Below, one piece after another: positions 55,826-64,000 of a stretch of DNA of 64,000 bases; position 1 is the stretch's first letter; each line of letters opens with the position of its first letter. The notes under the pieces are model-generated. The model ran no database searches, had not been told where the DNA came from, and saw nothing but the letters and a program-made list of their open reading frames with translations. Location of the stretch: NCBI GenBank assembly GCA_964016885.1, contig OZ024745.1, forward strand, positions 34,100,001-34,164,000. Reading direction: 5' to 3'. A program made the position numbers and the translations under genes. The DNA comes from Eledone cirrhosa. Taxonomy: Eukaryota.

Positions 55826-55829
<4 letters not shown>
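55652..55829. mobile_element. Mini head-to-head palindrome, PLE-type family A, in (TA)n
   Basis: Arms 55719-55763 / 55785-55829; right copy carries the full hammerhead, left copy carries an extra ~67-nt tail. Confidence 0.78.
55765..55811 (+). ncRNA. Type I hammerhead ribozyme in mini-palindrome (family A)
   Basis: ATTC-CTGATGA-T TTC TAAT GAA T-GAAA-CAG TTCTAGTC CTG-TA-GAAT; all three stems can be drawn. Confidence 0.78.
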
Positions 55830-55872
<43 letters not shown>

Positions 55873-55874
<2 letters not shown>

Positions 55875-56097
55875 TAATTGAATATAAAAGAGAGATAAAC
55901 ACAGACATATACATATATTTGTTCAAATTGTAAGGGACCAGATTCCAGTTTGTATTTATTTGCTTGATTTATTCTTAAATTGAGTCTGGCAAACCCTATT
56001 GTCCACAGTTAGTATCTTTTTCACCTTAGCCAATCTGGTCCCTTACAATTTGAACACATATATGTCTGTGTTTATCTCTCTTTTATATTCAATTATA
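55873..56097. repeat. Head-to-head type palindrome in (TA)n with one-sided tail
   Basis: Arms 55873-55944 / 56033-56097; extra ~84 nt on the right before (TA)n. Confidence 0.9.
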
Positions 56098-56179
56098 CTA
56101 TACGACTCAGAAAAATTTATTTCCTTGAGCTATTTTATTGTAAGAGACTATTTTGAGTTTCTAACTCAATATATACCTT

Positions 56180-56260
<81 letters not shown>

Positions 56261-56398
56261 ACAGAGTATTGTAGGTTGATTGAAGCATTGTTGAATAGGA
56301 AACAGAAATTTAGATAATTCTGAAAACCAAACAATGCATTAGAAAGAAAATGAAATAGCTAAGATAAGAAAAGAATCTTATCTTAGCAAGTTTAATGA

Positions 56399-56438
56399 TC
56401 CCAAATATTTTCGGGTTTAAAAACCCATTATCAAGGGA
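56399..56438 (-). ncRNA. Minimal hammerhead variant (U3-A8 core)
   Basis: TCCC-TTGATAA-T GGGTTT TT AAACCC-GAAA-ATAT-TT-GGGA; fragment runs into (TA)n at ~56258. Confidence 0.72.
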
Positions 56439-56534
56439 GTATCCCTAGGAGCGACTTAAAGGGTCTTTCGGAGTTGACTTGTGTGGAAGGAATATTTAAC
56501 TTAAATCTGCCTTTTCAAAATTGGTTTTCAAAAT

Positions 56535-56857
56535 TATTTATATTTGCCTTTCATTTTGCCTTTCATCCTTACGGGGTCGATAAAATAAAGTACCAGTAAT
56601 GCACTGGGTAATTGCTGGCCTTGTGCCTAAAGTAGAAACAATTATATATATATATATATATAATGGTGGATATAACCAGTGGATTGGCAGTATCGGTAGA
56701 GAGTCGGATGCCATGCTTTCCAGCATAGTTACGTCCCTTTACGGTCTGAGTTCAAATCCCGCCGAGGTCCACTTTGTCTTTCATCCTTACGGGGTCGATA
56801 AAATAAAGTACCAGTAATGTACTGGTTAATTGCTGGCCTTGTGCCAAAAGTAGAAAC

Positions 56858-56862
<5 letters not shown>
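56535..56862 (+). mobile_element. Two Nin-type SINEs (truncated plus full) separated by (TA)n
   Basis: Core at 56535-56645 and 56678-56862. Confidence 0.88.
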
Positions 56863-56889
<27 letters not shown>

Positions 56890-56897
<8 letters not shown>

Positions 56898-57089
56898 CAG
56901 AAGCTTTCACCATATTTTTGACACAGAAATTTTAGCCTGATAGTAGTGTTTAGAACCTTCAAAGAAATCGAAAAAGATGAGTATTGACGTACATACTCAT
57001 CTTTTTCCATTTCTTTGAGGGTTCTAAACCTCAATATTAGGCTAAAATTTCTTTAGTCGAAAATACGGCGAAAGCTTCTGTTTCTAATA
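56890..57089. repeat. Fully palindromic ~200-bp element between (TA)n tracts (diverged fold-back or MITE)
   Basis: TTAGAAACAGAAGCTTTC...GATGAGTAT-TGACGTAC-ATACTCATC...GAAAGCTTCTGTTTCTAA; mismatches mostly mid-arm. Confidence 0.85.
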
Positions 57090-57146
57090 TATATATATAC
57101 ATATATATATAATGAAATGCAAATTTAAATAATATCTGTAATAGTA

Positions 57147-57189
<43 letters not shown>

Positions 57190-58043
57190 GAACAGAGCCG
57201 ATGTGTCCTTAATAAAATACTATATAGTATTGATCAAGTTTTATACATATATGTATAATTAAATTAAATATATAATTTCTTACGTTCAAGGAATAATTCT
57301 CTAAACATATTTGCGTGGCGTAACAGCGTTGTGGAAATATGCAAAGCCGTATAGAGAGGAGTATAGTATCAACCTGTTACATGATTTTGTTTGGGTAAGG
57401 AAGAGCACATTGTAGAGCTACTCTAGGGTTCTAAATGCCCAACCAATGTCTCTAAATGTCGGCTAATTCTGAATGCTTTACGTTTATTCACTGTCTCTTG
57501 TCGCGCAATTATTATTTTTACTCAGAATTTATTGACCTGATTACTTGAACAGACTTTGATGCTACAATTTTCCAATAATTTTTTTCCCCAGAAATATAAT
57601 ATCTGTGTGGCATTGTTCCTCGATATATTTTGTGATAACAGCAAGATCAAGATTGTGTGTACTTTTATTTGAATGAATTCATATTAACTTCCTAAATGTG
57701 ACAGATTTTCATTCAGAATGATTTATATTATAGTTCCTCATGTTGATGTCATTATAATTTTCTGTCCAATATATATTGGATTTCCTGAAACGATCTCATC
57801 TATGCATCCCACTTGTCGTGAATACTTGATCGATTTAAATAGAGCCGGATAATTTGAAAACTTGAAACAATTGTACAATTCAAGCCTATACTTAGTGATA
57901 TAAAAAAAGTTAGAAAAGAGTAAAACAAGAGAACAAGAAAACAACGCAATACAATGCAATACAATGCTGGTACATAATTTCAACGCTTGATATATTTCTA
58001 AAAGAGTCATAATGTTTCGGACGCTATATATATGTATAAATGT

Positions 58044-58160
<117 letters not shown>

Positions 58161-58863
58161 CATACATATATGTGTGTATATAAATATATATATATACATA
58201 CATATATGTTTGTATATCTATATATACATATACAGATATCTTTGTATATCTATATATACACAGACACCCCCCCCCCACACACACACACACATATATTTAT
58301 ATATATCGTAACAAATTAAGATCATAGAGAATAGATTTCTAAAATCCTTTAATAACTTTACAAATGTTTCAATACAAGTAATTTAACTAATATTATAATA
58401 AAATATATATATATATTAGTGTGTGTTTACATTTGAGGTCTGCAATCAGTATTTCTTATTTGCAATGTATGTACTTAATTAACCTACTAAATGGAATGGA
58501 ATAGGCATTCATCGGTTTCGACACCCAGTGTTCCAGCATGCGCGTGAAATTAACTTATATGTGGCTTATCGTCCTATAAACACGTATACACGTAACATAA
58601 TTGTCAGGGAGATTCAGTGCGACGCAGCGGGAGACTAGGCTGGCTGATTGAAATACAAGTAAAACTCATTTCTGCCAGCTGAGCTGACTAGACCAACATG
58701 AAATATAGTGTGTTGTTCAACGACAGGATTCCAAATAATTTCTGTCTACTCAATTTCACTCATCAGTATTACATGTATCCCACTGTGGGCTCGAACCTGT
58801 AAATGAATGTCTGCTAAGGGGACGTCTTAACCTTTCAGCCACGCTGCACCAACAATGTTTTAA

Positions 58864-59143
58864 ATAATTGTTTCTACTTTTGGCACAAGGCCAGCAATTA
58901 CCCCAGTCCATTACTGGTACTTTATTTTATCTACCCCGTTAGGATGAAAGGCAAAGTTGACCTCGACGGGATTTGAACTCAAACTGTAAAGGTCCATAAC
59001 TCTATGTTATAAAGCACGGTGTCCAACGCTCTGCTGATTCTGCCAAAGTATTAAATAATTGTTTCTACTTTTGGTACAAGGCCATCAATTACTCAGTGCA
59101 TTACTGGTACTTTATTTTATCGACCCCGTAAGGATGAAAGGCA
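58864..59143 (-). mobile_element. Two tandem Nin-type SINEs
   Basis: Core at 58864-59047 and 59054-59143. Confidence 0.85.
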
Positions 59144-60153
59144 ATAAATAATGACAAAAATATTGACAAGAAATGGGTGAAGACGATAAAACTAATTGTC
59201 GCTATATAATATAAATATATTCTCTCTTAGTCCCTAATGTTACATTTTCAGTTGGATCTATTCATCCAAAAGTAATTAAATAATTAAATAACTACGCCAT
59301 GCCTTCTTATGTAAGTATTATTCACGTCTGTCTCGTCTATTGATTCACTAACTAAAGGAGAAATCACAGAGGAATAAGTAATTATTTCATTCTAAATGCA
59401 ATTTTTCGTCGTTAAATGCAAATGTAAAACTTTACATTTTCTTCTAAGCAGATCCAATATATCGACTGATACAACCCTGGCTGCACGCTACTAGACAGTG
59501 ATAGTAAAGATTGTGTTATATTTATTTATTTAAATTTTTTTTCATCGGGGGAACATTTTAAAAGCGAATGAGTAAAAAAATTGACAATCATCTAATCGAT
59601 AGGACATTTGATATTAAGCTGAGAAATTAATTTGCTGGTTAGTGGCGAGTTATGTTGCTAGCTAGTAACGAGGAAATTGTTAGGTAATCACACGGAAGTC
59701 TGCTTATTTCACGAAACTTAACGAGGACTTATTTTTCAGTGAGTTATTCAGTGAAAGAAGATAGTTTATGACAACGACCTGTTTATACAGTCATATACTC
59801 TTACACTACAACACATAAAAGCACACAAAAACCCTTACATACTCATACACCCTTACACATACAAGCAGACATAGACTCATAAACACTCATGCACCCCCAT
59901 CCCTATACGTTCCAAATTTCACGCACAATCTCTCTCTCTCTCTCTCTCTCTCGCCCACACACACATAAACGCACACATTAATTGAGATAAACACACATGC
60001 TTGCTGTTATTACAATTTAGTCATTAATAATTTTGTAAATAACAATTCCCGACTGAAACTACGAAATTTGTCACCGGGTTCAATCTACACATCACTTACC
60101 AAACAAATATTGTGTAATCATTATATATTTATATATATATATATATATATATA

Positions 60154-60609
60154 TGATCTCACCGCTGGCCTCTCTCTATGACGGGGCGGTAGTATTACAC
60201 TATAAGCCTACGCCCCTTCACCAGAAGGACATAAGAAGACTTAATAATCATCACTTGAGGGCGATTGACCGGGCTAGAAGCTGCTAAATGTTCGGCCACC
60301 CACATGTCTTTGTTTTTCAGCCCCATGGATTTTGTCCATTATATTCCTTTGTTATATTTCGAATACCTGATGATGTCACCGGATTCATACTGAACCCGGT
60401 CACTGAAATGATCATAGTATAATAAACCTTTTAAGGAATTACACCAGTCCGGACTCCTGTTATTTTATAATAATTAACTACGTACTCGCACCACCAACAA
60501 CACAAACGAAGACGGATGTGTTGCATTACGTCGAGTGCTCTCCATAATATTACATCGAGGTTGACCATACGGATGACCAGTTCTATCCAGTGGTGAACCA
60601 ACAAACCTG
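60154..60609 (+). mobile_element. 5'-truncated PLE-type 3' end inserted in (TA)n
   Basis: (TA)n on both sides; hammerhead, AATAAA and GTACTCG...CGAGTGC stem-loop in that order. Confidence 0.7.
60363..60420 (+). ncRNA. Type I hammerhead ribozyme
   Basis: ATAC-CTGATGA-TGTCACCGGATTCATACTGAACCCGGTCACT-GAAA-TGATCA-TA-GTAT, immediately followed by AATAAA. Confidence 0.85.
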
Positions 60610-61855
60610 TATATATATATATTTAGAAAATGGCCAATTAACATAGAATGATGAAACGAAAAAAGAGAGTATATTAATAAAAATGTTCTTGTCTCTTATT
60701 TTGTAACAATCACAATCCTGGTTTAACTTTTAGAATTGCAATAACAACTTTTCTCAGACAAGAATTCTTTCATATATTAATCTCTCTAAGAAATCTGTGA
60801 GAGTTCTGTTTGCTTCAAACACATATACATATCTAAGTCTTAAGCTAATAAAACGTCACTAGGTACTAAAATACTTTAGTTTCATGAAAACATCTTCCGG
60901 TTTCTAAAGTATCTAATGAAAATTTATTTCAGATAATCTATGTGAAGGCGCATGACTTTTTAGTTAGTGTACTGGGCCCATGATCGTAACGTCGTGAGTT
61001 TGAAAGAAACAGGGTTTGAATTCAATAGGTTTTGAACTAGGGCCGGAAAAAACGAGGCTTTAGTCTGTAGATCAATTCTTAGATTAAAATTCGATTTCCT
61101 TTGGCATTAATATTAATTACACTTATAAATTAGAAATTCTCTACCGATATAGAAATTCTTTTAAAATTAATTTTGAGGTTACTTTGCCTAATTCAGTTGC
61201 TCCTAAACTGTGGACACAGGTGCCCCCCAAAAGAGCAACATTCTATTATAGAATGTGAAAAATACATGATGAAATCTGTAATATTGTTTAGATATAGCTG
61301 TCAAAATGGGAACAAAAATAAACAAAGAATGAAAACATTGCCATAAAAAAACAAATATATGTTTCTAATTCATCATGTTTCTTCTATGAAATAAATTTTC
61401 GATTCTAAGTAGAAAGTTTACCAACATATTTATACTTACTCTAGTGAGTATAAAATAACGTTTGGAAATCGTTGGTCTAACCATTGCTAGCTATTTTTGA
61501 CTGCTACTTCAGTGAAATTAGGTAGATCCTTTTGGTCAGCCATTTGCATTACTTTACCACTGAAAAATGTTTCCTCATCATCCTTTTCATTTTTAAAGCA
61601 ACGAATTAATTGAACACACGACGATATTAGAAAGCAGAGAACTGTTAACGGAAAATACATACGCAGAGTTATTTTTAGAAATACTTTGTTAAAGAGCTTC
61701 TTGAGTGTTTTCAAAAGTTTATATAAATGTACTTATATGATTAACCGTTGAACTGTGCACTAAGCAGCTGAAGTATACTACAAATCCGTGTCTGTTCAAA
61801 ACAGTCCTGAATGTAACGGAAGCTGCGAGAAATGTCTATGTAAACACACACTCAC

Positions 61856-61953
<98 letters not shown>

Positions 61954-62366
61954 CATGTTTTATTTAGGCATTTCTCCTAAATGATTTAAAATTCATAAAA
62001 ATGTAGAGTTTCTAAGTTAATAAGAGTATAGCATAAGCGGAAAAAACTGTGGTGAAGATATGTTCCCGTTCAAATCTTATCAAACGTTTTCTTTATATTT
62101 CTAAACGAGGACACTACTTTACTATTTTTCTTCACGTGCAGTTCTCTTGTTCTTTTTCAAACAGTTTTTCTTCTCTTTCTGTATTTCATACATATTTATT
62201 GTTCGATCTCCCACAACAAATACATAAATAAATAAATAGATAAATAGACAATTAAATAATGAAAAGAATAAACGAATAAAAGAAGCAACAGAATAAAGGC
62301 ATTTTTACTTCAACTCTTTATTTCTCTCTTCATATATATATATATATATATATGTATATATGAAGA

Positions 62367-62440
<74 letters not shown>

Positions 62441-62590
62441 CGAGAGAGGAGGAGATGGTTGTTTTACGTTATATTACGGCATACCAAAGTATAGTGTTCT
62501 AACAAGAATAGAAAGATAATATTCTAAAGGAAGTTTGTGAGCTTTAAATCAGTTCGTATGTGAAGGGAAATCTGCTGTTTGTTCTTACGA

Positions 62591-62647
<57 letters not shown>

Positions 62648-63149
62648 TGTGTATATATATTATATATATATATAGAGAGAGAGAGAGGGAGAGAGAGAAA
62701 GCGAAAATATTTTGAACAAAAATAATTTTTTTTCCTTTTCTCTCTGAGACGAAGAGGAAAATAACGAAATGACAGGTTCCCCTTCTTCCACGTTATATAA
62801 ACTTACCCACACTTGCGAACCTGGATATATAATATTTACCGATACGCGGGCACCAAGTTTCTTTGGTAATGTGTTTCAGGTTGTTTGTTATTTTCTACAC
62901 TTATTCTGCGATAACCTATCTCTTTAAAAGTTTAAAGAGAAAAGTTAATTAGTTGTCCAGACAGTTGTTTTAAAACAGTCGAATAGTATTTCCGATTCCT
63001 TCAGTGATATAGACTGCAAACTGGGCTTGAGAATTAATTTTACGTATGGAATAGTATGTGGTTTAAATTATATAATTTTATGTAACATTTCATGTGGTAT
63101 AATATCTTAATGTTAAAAAGAAAACCCACAACAAAAACAGTAGTTGGTG

Positions 63150-63350
63150 AAGTAATACGCCAGCTTCGGCATTTAGTCATCAGAAGTGGGTAAACTTTTA
63201 ATATCCAAACTCGCTATCTTCAATTCGGTATTTGTGTCAATTCTTACCTATGGTAATGAATCTTGGGCAATGACCGAAAGGATACGATCACGAATACAAT
63301 CGGCCGAAATGGGGTTCCTCGGAATGGTCTTTGGAGTAGCCTTCTTCATA
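63150..63350 (+). pseudogene. RTE LINE remnant
   Basis: KLAIFNSVFVSILTYGNESWAMTERIRSRIQSAEMGFL. Confidence 0.8.
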
Positions 63351-64000
63351 GAGTACATAACTCGGCGTGGCTGAATTGCTAAGAAGACATGTGCCTCTTC
63401 CTTAGCTCGGTCCAAGGCTTGCCAGTGAAATTGGGTAGACAGAAATTGTGTGGAATCTCTTGACAAAGAGCCTCACTTGTCACATACTATCGTAAGCATG
63501 ATTTCGTGGTTAAGACGTTCACTTTATAATTATGGGATCTCGGGTTCGATTCCACTCCATTACATCTTGTACAAATGCCTTTAGTCTAGCCTCGGGTAGA
63601 CCCAAGTCTTGTAAGTGAAACTGCGGAGTCTGAAATTGTGTGGTAACTCGTCTGATAGATTGTACATTTAATTTGAACGTCGAGATTTATCATATATTGT
63701 GTCACATTGAATCTCAGTGAGAATTACGTTATGGTAGCGCGTGTCTATAGAATACTCAAAGTATTACACTTTAACTTACGAGGTGGTCGCTCAAAAGATG
63801 GTAAAACTAAAAGCTCACCGTCCAACCCGACGGAGGATCAATCACTCTATCGTTAATAGCAGAAGTTCAACTGATAGAAAATTTCTTCATGCAGGAAAGG
63901 TTTATGGCATGAGTCACTTCAATGAATATAAAAAAAAATCTTAAAACCATACATACACACTTACACACATCCACCAACTCTCCACAGTAATTCACACGCA

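Noticed and set aside
60800-61760. Possible decayed DNA-transposon coding region
   Set aside because: No motif I can identify with confidence; needs a translated search.

Overview
AT-rich animal non-coding DNA; the SINE and microsatellite content suggests an octopus/cephalopod, which is an inference. No host protein-coding exon can be supported, and most ORFs in the track are translations of (TA)n/(CA)n/(GA)n repeats. The window is dominated by transposons: Nin-domain tRNA SINEs with clean TSDs, RTE, Tx1 and RLE-type LINE remnants, Tc1/mariner MITEs and transposase relics, and a Helitron helicase relic. The standout signal is a Penelope-like (PLE, Naiad-like) retroelement system associated with (TA)n microsatellites. 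(1) A 7.1-kb near-perfect head-to-head palindrome (43943-51068) of two RT+GIY-YIG copies, each ending in a hammerhead ribozyme. (2) Nine complete-looking type I hammerhead ribozymes from about seven unrelated sequence families, nearly all with palindromic (dimer-type) stem III and two with U3-A8 core variants. (3) A non-coding retrozyme-like element with two hammerheads 542 nt apart (51891-52584). (4) Many 100-450-bp miniature palindromes with the same geometry. (5) A shared 3' TACTC...GAGTRC stem-loop just beyond the point where the shorter palindrome arm stops. All folds were derived by eye and are untested.
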